Assembly: GCA_963827235.1 (NCBI GenBank)
Contig: CAWHAE010000018.1
Coordinates: forward strand, 128,001 to 192,000
Length of the DNA: 64,000 nucleotides
Origin: an uncultured bacterium
GTDB taxonomy: Bacteria; Chloroflexota; UBA5177; JANWHV01
Reading direction: 5' to 3'
Shown in pieces: positions 29,361 through 40,166 of the stretch. The position numbers and the translations under genes are program-made. The notes beneath the pieces are model-generated. The model saw only the letters and a list, made by a program, of their open reading frames with translations, was not told the DNA's origin and made no database searches. The stretch's first letter is position 1, and each line of letters opens with the position of its first letter.

Positions 29361-29783
29361 ATGAAGTCGCATACCGAGTACCTGACGCTCAACATCCCGG
29401 CCCGTGTTGCCTTCGAGAACATCACCCCGCTGGTCGACGCCATCGTGCGCAAGAGCGGCGTCAAGGAGGGCCTCGTGCTCTGCAACGCCATGCACATCAC
29501 CGCCAGCATATTCATCAACGACGACGAGCCCGGTCTGCATGAAGACTACGCGCGCTGGCTGGACACCATCGCACCCTTCGATCCATCGCCCACGCGCTAT
29601 CACCACAACCGCACCGGCGAGGACAACGCGGATGCCCACATGAAGCGGCAGGTCATGGGCCGCGAGGTGGTGGTTGCGATCACGAACGGCAAGCTGGATT
29701 TCGGCCCGTGGGAGCAGATCTTCTACGGTGAGTTCGACGGCCGGCGGCCCAAGCGGGTGCTCGTCAAGGTGATCGGAGAATAG
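29361..29783 (+). CDS. yjbQ: YjbQ/UPF0047 family protein
   Basis: [36 protein letters not shown]. Confidence 0.93.
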   Translation: MKSHTEYLTLNIPARVAFENITPLVDAIVRKSGVKEGLVLCNAMHITASIFINDDEPGLHEDYARWLDTIAPFDPSPTRYHHNRTGEDNADAHMKRQVMGREVVVAITNGKLDFGPWEQIFYGEFDGRRPKRVLVKVIGE

Positions 29784-30010
29784 CCAAGCGGCGCCGTCGA
29801 GAGCCAGGACCGGATTCCGGATCGCGGTCTGGTGCAGGTCGCTGCCCAGGACGCCATCTTCTGCGTCGTTGGTTGGCCGGGGCGCCGCCTGGTCGGGCGG
29901 CGGGCCAGGAGCCCGTATTCCGTTTCCATCGTCCTGCCTCTTGGTGCCATTCTATCGTCGGCATGCGGATCGGAGCGGACTCGAGGGGAGGCGTGGACGA
30001 GGCGCCGATC

Positions 30011-30282
30011 TGCTATCATCAGTTGCGGCGACGGGGCCAGCGACATCGGCAATGATCCGCCGAACGACGTTCAGCGCGTGGCGATGGTGGAGCCCGCCGC
30101 AGGGCATCGTCCCTTGCCTGGCGGTTGCCCGCAGCATCCGCTCCCTCAGACCCTGCAGCTCGACGTTGCGATTCGGCGACTGGCGCCTCAGGCGCCGCGG
30201 ACGCTGCGGATGTCGTTGCCGCGAATGGGGCAAAGTGCCGGCGGCGCCCGCGTTTGCGGGCGTTCGTGGCAAGGGGGGTGGT
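30011..30282 (+). promoter_or_regulatory. Extended -10 promoter and long structured leader of the hisD-like operon
   Basis: TGcTATCAT at 30011-30019; nested pairings at 30048-30129; hairpin 30245-30262 before the RBS. Confidence 0.4.
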
Positions 30283-31602
30283 ATGCGCGTTTACGACTAT
30301 GCGTCCATGACAGCCGGCGAGCTGCGTACCGTGCTGCGCCGCTCCACGGCCGACATCTTCAAGCCGGAGCACATGAACGCCGTCCGCTCCATCTTCGAGC
30401 GCGTGCGCGAGTCCGGCGACGCGGCGCTCGTCGATGCGTTGAAGGAGTTCGACGGCGTGAGCCTGGGGGCCTCCGATCTGCCTATCTCTGCGCGCGAGAT
30501 AGACGAAGCCAAACGGCAGGTCTCGCCGACCGTGCAGCGTGCGATCTCGGCGTCGATCGATGCGGTGCGCCGCTACAATGAGCGGCTGCTGCAGGGCAGC
30601 TCCTGGCTGGAGACCTTCGCGCCCGGCGTGGTGCTCGGCGAGAAGAGCACGCCTATCGATCGCGTCGGACTGTACGTACCCTGCGGCAAGGGCTCGTTCC
30701 CCTCCGTGCTGGTGCAGATCGCCACGCCGGCCGTCGTCGCCGGGGTGCCCGAGATCGCCGTCGTCCTGCCTCCCATGAAGGGTCGCGGCAAGGCCGTCGA
30801 TCCCGCCGTGCTGGTCGCCGCGGATCAGTTGGGGCTGCGGGAGATCTATCGCGTGAACGGACCCTCCGGCGTGGCCGCGCTGGCAATCGGCACCGCCACC
30901 ATCCCGCGCGTGCGCAAGATCGCCGGCCCGGGCTCGCCGGCGGTAACCGCCGCGCAGATCCTGGCTCAGCTGGAGGGCGTCGAAGTGTCGCTGCTCTTTG
31001 GTCCGTCCGAGAGCCTGATGCTGGCCGACGATTCCGCCGATCCGCGTATTCTGGCAGCAGACTACCTCAACGAGGCGGAGCACGGCCACGACTCGGCGTC
31101 GCTGCTCGTCACACCATCCCAAGCCCTCGTGGAAGCGGTGGAGCGCGAGGTGGAGATTCAGCTGGCAGCGCTGCCGGAATGGAGGCGAGAGTTCGCCGTC
31201 TCCGCCACGACGAAGTTCGGCGGCGCCATCATCGTGCGCGATCTGGACGAGGGAATCGCGTTTGCCAATGACTACGCGGCCGAGCACATGCAGATCGCCA
31301 CGCGCGACCCGCTCTTTGTGCTCGCCAAGCTGAACAACGCCGGCGAAATGCTGCTGGGCCAGCACACGCCGGTCTCGGCGGCCAATTTCGCCATTGGAGT
31401 GCCGGCTACCCTGCCGACGGGTGGATTCGCGCACGTGAGCTCTGCCGTGACCGCGCACAGCTTCCGCAAGCGCAGCTCCGTGGCCTACCTCAGTGAAGAG
31501 GGCCTGGCACCGATGGCGGACACAATTCTCGCCCTGGCCGACCATGAGGGGTTTCCCCAACATGCGGCCAGTATTCGTATTCGCGGCCTGGGATCCCTGT
31601 AG
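30283..31602 (+). CDS. Histidinol dehydrogenase-family paralogue (divergent)
   Basis: GDAAL, PIDRVGLYVP.G, KIAGPGS, GPSE..LAD, EAEHG, YAAEHM, NAGE, LPTGG.A, EGFPQHA. Confidence 0.9.
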   Translation: MRVYDYASMTAGELRTVLRRSTADIFKPEHMNAVRSIFERVRESGDAALVDALKEFDGVSLGASDLPISAREIDEAKRQVSPTVQRAISASIDAVRRYNERLLQGSSWLETFAPGVVLGEKSTPIDRVGLYVPCGKGSFPSVLVQIATPAVVAGVPEIAVVLPPMKGRGKAVDPAVLVAADQLGLREIYRVNGPSGVAALAIGTATIPRVRKIAGPGSPAVTAAQILAQLEGVEVSLLFGPSESLMLADDSADPRILAADYLNEAEHGHDSASLLVTPSQALVEAVEREVEIQLAALPEWRREFAVSATTKFGGAIIVRDLDEGIAFANDYAAEHMQIATRDPLFVLAKLNNAGEMLLGQHTPVSAANFAIGVPATLPTGGFAHVSSAVTAHSFRKRSSVAYLSEEGLAPMADTILALADHEGFPQHAASIRIRGLGSL

Positions 31603-31710
31603 CCTGCCGCGCGTGGGTGTCGCGGCGGGTACCGTCCGCTGATGCACGGCTGACATCTCTCGCCTGCCAGGCAGTGGCGGCGAGCCGAAGCATAATGTAG
31701 GGAGGCGGTA

Positions 31711-32715
31711 ATGGCTCGACAATCGATCCGGGCACTGGTAGTTCGCGCACTGGCTTCGACTGTGCTCCTCACCGGCATGCTTGGCGGTGCCTTGCACGGT
31801 GCCGGCACGGTGTCGGCGCAGCACGCGGGACTTGCCTCGCTGGCAATGGGCACCGAGCCGTGGATCGGCTACGGGCCGTGGTGGATCGCCAAGGCAAAGG
31901 GATTCTTCCAGAAGGAAGGGCTCAACGTCCAGCTGATTACCTTCGAACAGGACGCCGATCTTGACGCCGCTCTGGCCTCCGGCCACACCCAGGTGGCCAA
32001 TATCGCCACCCATACCTCGATCAAGCTGATCCTCAACAGCCACGTGGCGATCACGCCGGTGCTCATTCTCGACGACTCGGAGGGCGCGGACGCTATTCTC
32101 GGCGGCGCCTCGATAAAGTCGCTCTCGGACCTGCGCGGCAAGACCGTCGCCTACGAGTACGGCACGACCAGTGACCTCCTCATTCACTACGCCTTGCTCC
32201 ACGCCAATATCCCGTTCTCCGCGATCAAGACGCAGAATATCCCGGCCGCCGATGCCGCCACGGCGCTGGTCGCCGGGCGCATAGATGCCGCCGTCACCTA
32301 TGAGCCCTACATCAGCGCGGTCGCGGGCAAGGGCAGGGGCGTGCACGTGCTCTACAGCAGCAAGGCGGCGCCTGGTCTGATCGGCGACTTCATGGTGGCC
32401 AGCAACAGTCTGATCAAGGACCACCCGGACGAGGTTCGGGCGTTGCTGCGGGCCTGGAACGATTCCATGACCTACTGGGCGCAGAACTACAAGGACGGCG
32501 TGGCGATCATGGCGAAGGGTGTCGGCAGCTCGCCGTCCGACCTGACCTCCACGCTGGCGGGCGCCGTGATCTATTCCATCCCGCAGAACAAGGTCCTGGC
32601 CAAGGGGCTGATTCAGAAGCGCTACAGCATGGTCAACGAGGTGCTGCGAGCGACCGGTGTGGTCAAGGGCACCCTCGACCCGGCAAAGACCCTCAACTTC
32701 TCGTTCCTGCCCTGA
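31711..32715 (+). CDS. ABC transporter substrate-binding protein, SsuA/TauA/NMT1 family
   Basis: Signal peptide; PWIGYGPWWIAKAKGFF, DDSEGADAI, DLRGKTVA, DAAVTYEPY. Confidence 0.9.
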   Translation: MARQSIRALVVRALASTVLLTGMLGGALHGAGTVSAQHAGLASLAMGTEPWIGYGPWWIAKAKGFFQKEGLNVQLITFEQDADLDAALASGHTQVANIATHTSIKLILNSHVAITPVLILDDSEGADAILGGASIKSLSDLRGKTVAYEYGTTSDLLIHYALLHANIPFSAIKTQNIPAADAATALVAGRIDAAVTYEPYISAVAGKGRGVHVLYSSKAAPGLIGDFMVASNSLIKDHPDEVRALLRAWNDSMTYWAQNYKDGVAIMAKGVGSSPSDLTSTLAGAVIYSIPQNKVLAKGLIQKRYSMVNEVLRATGVVKGTLDPAKTLNFSFLP

Positions 32716-32718
32716 GCG

Positions 32719-33519
32719 ATGTCCATGAAGCGCCTGTTCCGCATTCGCGAGGAGATCCCGCCTTCCGTCTACGCGGGCGTGGCGCTGTTTTCTCTGCTGC
32801 TCGTCGTCGGGATATGGTCCGCCCTGAGCTATGGCGGGGTGGTCGATTCGCTCTTCCTGTCTACCCCCACCGACGTGCTGGGCAAGGCCGGGAACGAGAT
32901 CCAGGACGGCACGCTCTGGTCCGACATCGGGGCCAGCGTCTATCGCATCACGCTGGGCTTTCTGGTGTCGACCGTGTTCGCCGTGCCGATCGGCGTGATC
33001 ATGGGTACGTACAAGATCGGCGAGAGCTTCTTCGAGCCGCCGATCGACCTCGTGCGCTACATGCCAGCGGTAGCTTTCGTGCCGCTGGTCATCGTGTGGT
33101 TCGGCACCGGCGACGAGGAGAAGCTGGTCATTCTCTTCATCGGCATCTTCTTCCAGGAGGTGCTGCTGATCATGGACAACGTGAAGTCCGTGCCGCGCAC
33201 GCTGATCAACGTCGCCTACACGTTCGGCCTCAAGCAATGGGAAGTGCTGCTCCGCGTGATCGTGCCGGCAGCACTTCCCGGCATGGTCGATACGCTGCGT
33301 ATCACCATGGGCTGGGCCTGGACGTACCTGGTGGTGGCGGAGCTCGTGGCCGCGGATTCCGGACTGGGCTTCCGCATCATGCAGGCCGAGCGCTATCTCG
33401 ACACGGCCACCATGATCCTCGGCATTCTGGTTATCGGCATACTAGGTCTGATCATCGACTTCGCGTTCAAGATCGCATATAGCAAGTTCTTCCCCTATAT
33501 GAAGGCTCACGGCGCATGA
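32719..33519 (+). CDS. ABC transporter permease, NitT/TauT family
   Basis: [43 protein letters not shown]. Confidence 0.94.
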   Translation: MSMKRLFRIREEIPPSVYAGVALFSLLLVVGIWSALSYGGVVDSLFLSTPTDVLGKAGNEIQDGTLWSDIGASVYRITLGFLVSTVFAVPIGVIMGTYKIGESFFEPPIDLVRYMPAVAFVPLVIVWFGTGDEEKLVILFIGIFFQEVLLIMDNVKSVPRTLINVAYTFGLKQWEVLLRVIVPAALPGMVDTLRITMGWAWTYLVVAELVAADSGLGFRIMQAERYLDTATMILGILVIGILGLIIDFAFKIAYSKFFPYMKAHGA

Positions 33520-34319
33520 ACGGCTTCGACAAGCTGAGAGCGGAAGGCGTGCGCAAGGCGTTCGGCAGCGGCACGAAACAGGTCTTGGCCGTGGAGGATG
33601 TAACGCTCTCGATAGCGGACAACGAGTTCATCAGTATTGTCGGCACCTCGGGCTGCGGAAAGTCCACATTTCTCAACATGGTCGCCGGCCTGATCGAGCC
33701 CAGTGGCGGGCGCCTGACCATCGACGGCCACCCCGTCAAGGGTCCCGGCCTCGACCGGGGCATGGTGTTCCAGAGCTACACGCTGTTTCCGTGGCAGACG
33801 GTACTCAGAAACGTCGAGTTCGGCCTCAGCAAGAAGCCGTTCAGCCGTGCCGAGCGGCGCGAGATCGCGCTGCGGCACATCGCCATGGTCGGCCTGACAG
33901 GGTTCGAACAGTCCTATCCCACGCAGCTCTCCGGAGGCATGCAGCAGCGCGTGGCAATCGCGCGCGCACTGGCCTACAATCCATCCATCCTGCTCATGGA
34001 CGAGCCGTTCGGGGCTCTAGACGCGCAGACGCGGGGGCTGATGCAGGAGCTCCTGCTGAAGGTCTGGGAGAAGCACAAGGTGACCGTCGTCTTCATCACA
34101 CACGACGTTGATGAGGCCATATTCCTCTCCGATCGCGTCTACGTGATGACCGCGCGGCCCGGCCGCATCAAGGCGGAGATAGAGGTTGACCTGCCGCGCC
34201 CCCGACACTACGACATGCAGATCACACCGCCGTTCATCGCGTTCAAGCGGCAGATCATGGCCCTGATCCGCGAGGAGAGCCTGCGGAGCATTGCCCACGA
34301 CGAGCACCTCGATGCATAA
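33516..34319 (+). CDS. ABC transporter ATP-binding protein, NitT/TauT family
   Basis: [42 protein letters not shown]. Confidence 0.96.
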   Translation: MNGFDKLRAEGVRKAFGSGTKQVLAVEDVTLSIADNEFISIVGTSGCGKSTFLNMVAGLIEPSGGRLTIDGHPVKGPGLDRGMVFQSYTLFPWQTVLRNVEFGLSKKPFSRAERREIALRHIAMVGLTGFEQSYPTQLSGGMQQRVAIARALAYNPSILLMDEPFGALDAQTRGLMQELLLKVWEKHKVTVVFITHDVDEAIFLSDRVYVMTARPGRIKAEIEVDLPRPRHYDMQITPPFIAFKRQIMALIREESLRSIAHDEHLDA

Positions 34320-34338
34320 ACATGCCGGAGGATCCCCG

Positions 34339-34995
34339 ATGAGCGACCAGACACAGACCACGCTTGGCGTACGAGAGATCAGCTGCGGACCGGAGCGAGT
34401 GGCTCTGGTGCGCGAGACGCGCGAGTCGTTCGTCGAGGCATCGCTGGACGTCACCGCCCGGCGCGACTCCCTGGTGACCACCGGACTTGCCTTCTTCGAC
34501 CACATGCTCGAGCAGATAGCCTGGAACGCCTGCCTGAACGTCGAGGTACGCTTCACCGCCAAGCGCTACCGCCTGACGCACGTGATCACGGAAGACGTTG
34601 GGCTCACGCTTGGCCGGGCGGCCGGCCGGCTCGCGCAGGAGCGCCTCGCAGCGGGCGTCGACGCGGCCGGCTCCAGTACGATGGCGATCGACGAGGCCAT
34701 TGCCCTTGCGCTGATCAGCTTTGAAGGGCGAGCGAACTGCTTCTTCGATCTCGCCACGGAGGGCGCTCGCATGGAGCGGGTCGAGGACATGCTGTCGGCC
34801 GACCTGCGCGCCTTCTTCGACGGCTTCGCGCAGGGTGCACGGGCGACGATTCACCTGCGATCGCTGCAGGCTGTCGACCCGCACCATGCCTGGGAAAGCA
34901 TGTTCAGAGCGTTCGGCGTGGCGCTCAGGAACGCCCTCAGGCCCAACCCGTGGCGCGCGGGCCTCACCGCGGGCCTCAAAGGAACGCTTGAGTAG
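34339..34995 (+). CDS. Imidazoleglycerol-phosphate dehydratase (HisB)-family paralogue (divergent)
   Basis: RETRES, TGLAFFDHML, THVITEDVG, MAIDEA, DPHHAWESMFRAFG.ALR.A, KGTL; GGAGG RBS. Confidence 0.88.
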   Translation: MSDQTQTTLGVREISCGPERVALVRETRESFVEASLDVTARRDSLVTTGLAFFDHMLEQIAWNACLNVEVRFTAKRYRLTHVITEDVGLTLGRAAGRLAQERLAAGVDAAGSSTMAIDEAIALALISFEGRANCFFDLATEGARMERVEDMLSADLRAFFDGFAQGARATIHLRSLQAVDPHHAWESMFRAFGVALRNALRPNPWRAGLTAGLKGTLE

Positions 34996-35002
34996 ACCGG
35001 TG

Positions 35003-35752
35003 ATGCGTTTCCAGGGGCGGACCGCGCTGATCACCGGCGGCACCAGCGGTATCGGGCTGGCGACTGCTCGGCGGTTGCTGTCCGAGGGCGCCCGCGTGGT
35101 CGTCAACGGTCGCGATTCGGCACGTCTGCAGGCCGCGCTGACCCTCCTGAACGGGTTGGGCGAGGCCGCCGGAGTCTGTGCCGATATCTCCGACGAGCGA
35201 CAGGTGTCGCGCCTGTTCGCCGAGACCATGGACGTGCTCGGGCGTCTGGACGTAGTCGTTCACAGCGCCGGCATCGACGGAGCCGGTGTGAACGTGCTCG
35301 ATCTGGACCCGGGCGACTGGCGGCGCGTGCTGGACGTCAATCTGACCGGCCCGTTCCTGGTTGCGCGCGCCGCGGCGCAGTCCATGCGCGGTTCCGGGGG
35401 TGCCATCGTCTGCGTCGCCTCGCTGAACGGGTTGGCTGCCGAGCCGAGCTTCGCCGACTACAACAGCGCCAAGGGTGGGCTCGTCATGCTGACCAGGTCG
35501 CTGGCCGTCGACCTTGTAGACAGCAGAATTCGCGTCAACGCCGTGTGTCCGGGCTACGTGCTGACGCCTATGACGGAGCCGTACGCCGGCAACCCGGAGA
35601 CGGCCTCCGCCATTACGGCGGCAATTCCCATGCGCCGGCTCGGCAAGCCCGAGGAAGTAGCGTCGGCAATCGCCTTCCTGGCCTCGGACGATGCCTCATA
35701 TATCACGGGAACGGTGCTCGTGGTCGACGGCGGCCGGCACGCTCGGCAATAG
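35003..35752 (+). CDS. SDR-family oxidoreductase
   Basis: TGGTSGIG, VNLTG, YNSAK catalytic motif, IRVNAVCPG, VDGG. Confidence 0.95.
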   Translation: MRFQGRTALITGGTSGIGLATARRLLSEGARVVVNGRDSARLQAALTLLNGLGEAAGVCADISDERQVSRLFAETMDVLGRLDVVVHSAGIDGAGVNVLDLDPGDWRRVLDVNLTGPFLVARAAAQSMRGSGGAIVCVASLNGLAAEPSFADYNSAKGGLVMLTRSLAVDLVDSRIRVNAVCPGYVLTPMTEPYAGNPETASAITAAIPMRRLGKPEEVASAIAFLASDDASYITGTVLVVDGGRHARQ

Positions 35753-35816
35753 CCGGCAGCCTCGAGCGCTCCGCTCCCCGGGTCAGGCGGCCGGGAGGTC
35801 GCCGGAAGGATGAAAC

Positions 35817-36902
35817 GTGACAGACCTGCTCGTCGATGCCGGGGCGCTGAGGGGATTCGTCTCCTTGGTGCTCCAGGCGATCTCCGTGGCACCCGAGGAC
35901 GCCGACACCGTGGCCGACGTGCTCGTAACGGCGGATCTGCGCGGTCACGAGTCGCACGGCGTGGCACGCCTCGACGGATTTTACGTGCGCCGCATACACT
36001 CCGGGCAGATCGATCCGCGAGCGACGACCACGGTGCTCCGCGAGAGCGCGGCCACGGCGGTGTTGGACGCCGGACACGGACTGGGGCACCCGGCCGGCAA
36101 ACGAGCCATGGCGCTGTGCATCGACAAGGCCAGGCAGGCAGGCACGTGCGTCGTCACGGTGCGGCGTAGCAATCACTATGGCATTGCCGGCTACTACGCC
36201 ATGATGGCCCTTCCACACGACATGATCGGCGTCTCCTGCACCAATTCGCTGGCCATGCTCGTGCCTACGCGCGGTCGATCGCCGGCCCTGGGCACCAACC
36301 CGATCGCCCTCGCCGCCCCCGCCGGCCGCCGGCCGCCCTTCGTGCTGGACATGGCGACGAGCGTGGTGCCGATGGGCAAGGTGGAGGCAAAGGCCCGGCG
36401 CGACGAGCCGCTGCCGCCCGGCTGGGCCGTCGACGCGGCGGGTCTGCCCGCGCGCGACGCACAGGCGGTGCTCGATGCATCCGACGCCCACCAGGCAGGC
36501 GGCCTCATGCCGCTCGGGGGCCTGGAAGCCGGCCACAAAGGGTACGGCCTAGCGGCCATGGTAGACGTCCTGTGCGGCGCGCTGGCAGGGGCGCGCGCCG
36601 GAGTGGCCGTTTACGGCGAAAAGTACGACCGCGGCGAGCCCGCCGACGTGGGGCACATCTTTGCCGCCATCAATCTGCAAGCCTTTGGCCCCGTGGAAGA
36701 GTTCAAGCGGTCCATGGACGACTACATCGACGCGCTGCACGCCACGCCGCTCGCCGACCAGTCCTTGCCCGTTCTGGTGGCCGGCGAGCCGGAAATGGAG
36801 CACGAGCGGAACCGTATGCTGCACGGCATCCCGTTGCACGATCGCGTGGCAGAGAACCTGCGAGACCTGGCTCGCCGTACCGGCGTGCCCGTCCCGTTCT
36901 AG
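35817..36902 (+). CDS. Ldh_2-family oxidoreductase (malate/lactate/sulfolactate/ureidoglycolate dehydrogenase family)
   Basis: ADLRGHESHGVARL, SNHYG, GTNPIA, LDMATS, HKGYGLA, AGEPE. Confidence 0.94.
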   Translation: MTDLLVDAGALRGFVSLVLQAISVAPEDADTVADVLVTADLRGHESHGVARLDGFYVRRIHSGQIDPRATTTVLRESAATAVLDAGHGLGHPAGKRAMALCIDKARQAGTCVVTVRRSNHYGIAGYYAMMALPHDMIGVSCTNSLAMLVPTRGRSPALGTNPIALAAPAGRRPPFVLDMATSVVPMGKVEAKARRDEPLPPGWAVDAAGLPARDAQAVLDASDAHQAGGLMPLGGLEAGHKGYGLAAMVDVLCGALAGARAGVAVYGEKYDRGEPADVGHIFAAINLQAFGPVEEFKRSMDDYIDALHATPLADQSLPVLVAGEPEMEHERNRMLHGIPLHDRVAENLRDLARRTGVPVPF

Positions 36903-36929
36903 AGGCAAGCTTCGCTAGGACGCCCCCGG

Positions 36930-37181
36930 TCAGAGGGGCATGCCCTCGTCGCCTGCGCTCCCGCCCTTCCGCCTGAACACGTAGGTCAGATAGTCTTCAA
37001 CCTCGCGCTGCTCGTCCACGCCATCCAGCAGCATGGCCTCGAGCACCTCCACGACCTGGGGGGCTATGTCCTCCAGCGCCTCGATGACCGGATAGGCGCT
37101 TCGCGATGGGTGAGGATCCGTCACATAGGTAAAGCAGATGTCTGCAAGTCCTTCGAGATCGGTGAGATCGAGCGTGTACAT
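36930..37181 (-). CDS. Small acidic hypothetical protein (83 aa)
   Basis: ATG with AAGGA RBS; composition is protein-like, not the Arg/Ala/Pro-rich pattern of shadow ORFs. Confidence 0.6.
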   Translation of the reverse strand: MYTLDLTDLEGLADICFTYVTDPHPSRSAYPVIEALEDIAPQVVEVLEAMLLDGVDEQREVEDYLTYVFRRKGGSAGDEGMPL

Positions 37182-37512
37182 AGTACATCCTTGCCTGCGC
37201 CGGCCCTCTCGTTGTATGGGCCCGTGTCAGTCAGCATGCCACATTGAGCGTCTCTCGACCACCTCGGAGCAACCTCACTGCCGCGGAGCGGAGCTGCAAC
37301 CGCTCATTCGGGCGTTCGCCTCGGCAGTTCCGGGATCGCGGCCGCACCATTACAGGCCGGAGATCGTATCGTACGGGACCGCGCCATGCAGATGTGCCGT
37401 GCCACGCCTGTCTTTCTGCCTGTCACTGTTGGCGCCCACCCGGTCCATCTGCTACACCCACTGTAAGGGGACCTTCCTGACAGCGCTGGTGAATCGCCTG
37501 GGGAGATAGAGC

Positions 37513-37959
37513 ATGGGCGAGCCAGGTTACTCTCTCTTGGACGAGACGGTACTCGCCTACCGGCGATACTGGACCGCGCTGCTTCAGGCGGCGGAGCCCG
37601 TCTGGTCCGGCCTGGACCTGACCATCTCGCAGCTCAAGGGGCTGATTCTCCTCGAGGCCCGCGGTGAGCATTCGGTGAGCGGCATCGCCACAGCCCTTGG
37701 CATGGGCCGGCCGTCGGCGAGCATCCTGGTCGAGCAGCTTGTTCAGCTCGGACTCGTGCAACGCACCGAGGATAGCGAAGATCGCCGTCGCGCGGTGGTC
37801 GTGCTCACCCCGGAAGGACAAGAGCTGACGGCCCGGTTCCATCGCGGCGACGAGCAATTCATGCGCGACAGGTTCGTGCGGATGACCGATGACGATCTCC
37901 GGGCGCTCAAGCAGGGACTGCACGCGCTTGCCGAGTTCCTGATCCCCGCCGATTCCTGA
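37513..37959 (+). CDS. MarR-family transcriptional regulator
   Basis: LTISQLKGL, SASILVEQLVQLGLVQR..EDRR...VVLTPEG; GGGAG RBS; imperfect inverted repeat ctgtaagg..cctgacag at 37461-37483. Confidence 0.93.
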   Translation: MGEPGYSLLDETVLAYRRYWTALLQAAEPVWSGLDLTISQLKGLILLEARGEHSVSGIATALGMGRPSASILVEQLVQLGLVQRTEDSEDRRRAVVVLTPEGQELTARFHRGDEQFMRDRFVRMTDDDLRALKQGLHALAEFLIPADS

Positions 37960-38100
37960 GCGTCCGCGGTAGTCCCGTTCCAGCGCTGCCTGCGCCGCCG
38001 GGCGCGTGAGCATGTGCCTGGTATTATGCAAGTGTTCCCGTTCTGCGACGGGTTTCCGCCTCCCCCAAGCACTGCGCCTATATGCGGAGCCGAACACCAG

Positions 38101-39128
<1,028 letters not shown>

Positions 39129-39132
<4 letters not shown>

Positions 39133-40091
39133 AGGCGTGGCAGTCCCTGCGAGCACGTCGCAAGGCTCCTCTGGCGGGCGATCGGCGAGTTACAAGCGGC
39201 CGGCCGCCGTCCCCGCTGCTCGACGAGACCGCACTTCGCCAGCTGATGCGCCTGCGCCTGGAGAGCGGTCGTGCGATCACGGGCTGGTTTACAGGAGAAC
39301 ATGATGGCCAGCGCAGGACCCAGGCTCTGGAGTTCGAGGACTACCGCGGCTACGTGCCCGGCGACGACTTTCGCCTGATCGACTGGAACGCGTACGGCCG
39401 CCTCGGCGAGCTGTTTGCGAAAACGTCGCGCGCCGAGGAGACCCTCCAGGTCTCGTTGCTGGTCGACTGCAGCCGATCGATGGATTGGGGCACTCCCAGC
39501 AAGCTCCGCTATGCCAAGCAAGTAGCGGCTGCCCTGGGTGCCCTCGCGCTGCTGCACGGCGATCCCGTACGTGTCTACGCGCTCGGAGACGGCAGGGCCG
39601 TCCCCGGCGCGCCGCTGTACAATCCGACCGACCTCCCGGCCTTGATTGCCGGACTGGAAAGCCTGCCGCAGCTCTCGGCAACCGACTTCGCGGGTTCCGC
39701 CTCCGAGTTCCAGCGCACCGCCCAGCCGGGCGGCGCCATCTTCGTGCTCAGCGACCTGCTCTCGTCGATGGCAGACGTGGCCATGCTGGGCTTCCTGGCG
39801 CTCCCGGGCACCTCGCTCGTCGTCGTGCACGTCTATGATCCGGCGGAGGCGCGGCCCGAGCTGGGCGGAACGGTTGAGCTGCGCGACCGCGAGTCCGGTG
39901 CCACGGCCGTGCTCTCGGTAACACCCAACCTGCGCCGGCTCTATGCGATCCGGTTTCAGGAGCGTTCGCTTGAGATCCGCGACCGCCTCGCTGCCGCAGA
40001 CGCCGGCTATGTCACCGCTCCTACCTCGGTGACTTCGGTCGACCTGGTCGCCGGCGGTCTGCATACCGAAGGCATGGTCGCGCGCGGCTGA
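39129..40091 (+). CDS. DUF58 domain protein (MoxR partner)
   Basis: EFEDYRGYVPGDDFRLIDWN, LVDCSRSM, VLSDLL, DPAE; GTGA overlap with moxR. Confidence 0.93.
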
Positions 40092-40166
40092 GCGGCCGCT
40101 CGCAGCGGCAGCCGGGTGACTCCGCGCTGCCGCCGTGCCGGATCGGTTGAGCCGCTCAGGGCATGG

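Noticed and set aside
29990-30200. Guanidine-III, ZTP or fluoride riboswitch fragments (GGACGAGG, GCGACTGGCG, GGCGATGG)
   Set aside because: Each lacks its partner conserved segment; kept only as an unclassified structured leader.
30019-33237. 1072-aa minus-strand ORF
   Set aside because: Antisense shadow of the hisD-like and ABC genes; no motifs; expected in high-GC DNA.
30283-34995. Assigning gene symbols hisD and hisB
   Set aside because: Key residues differ and the context is uptake/catabolic, so orthology is unsupported.
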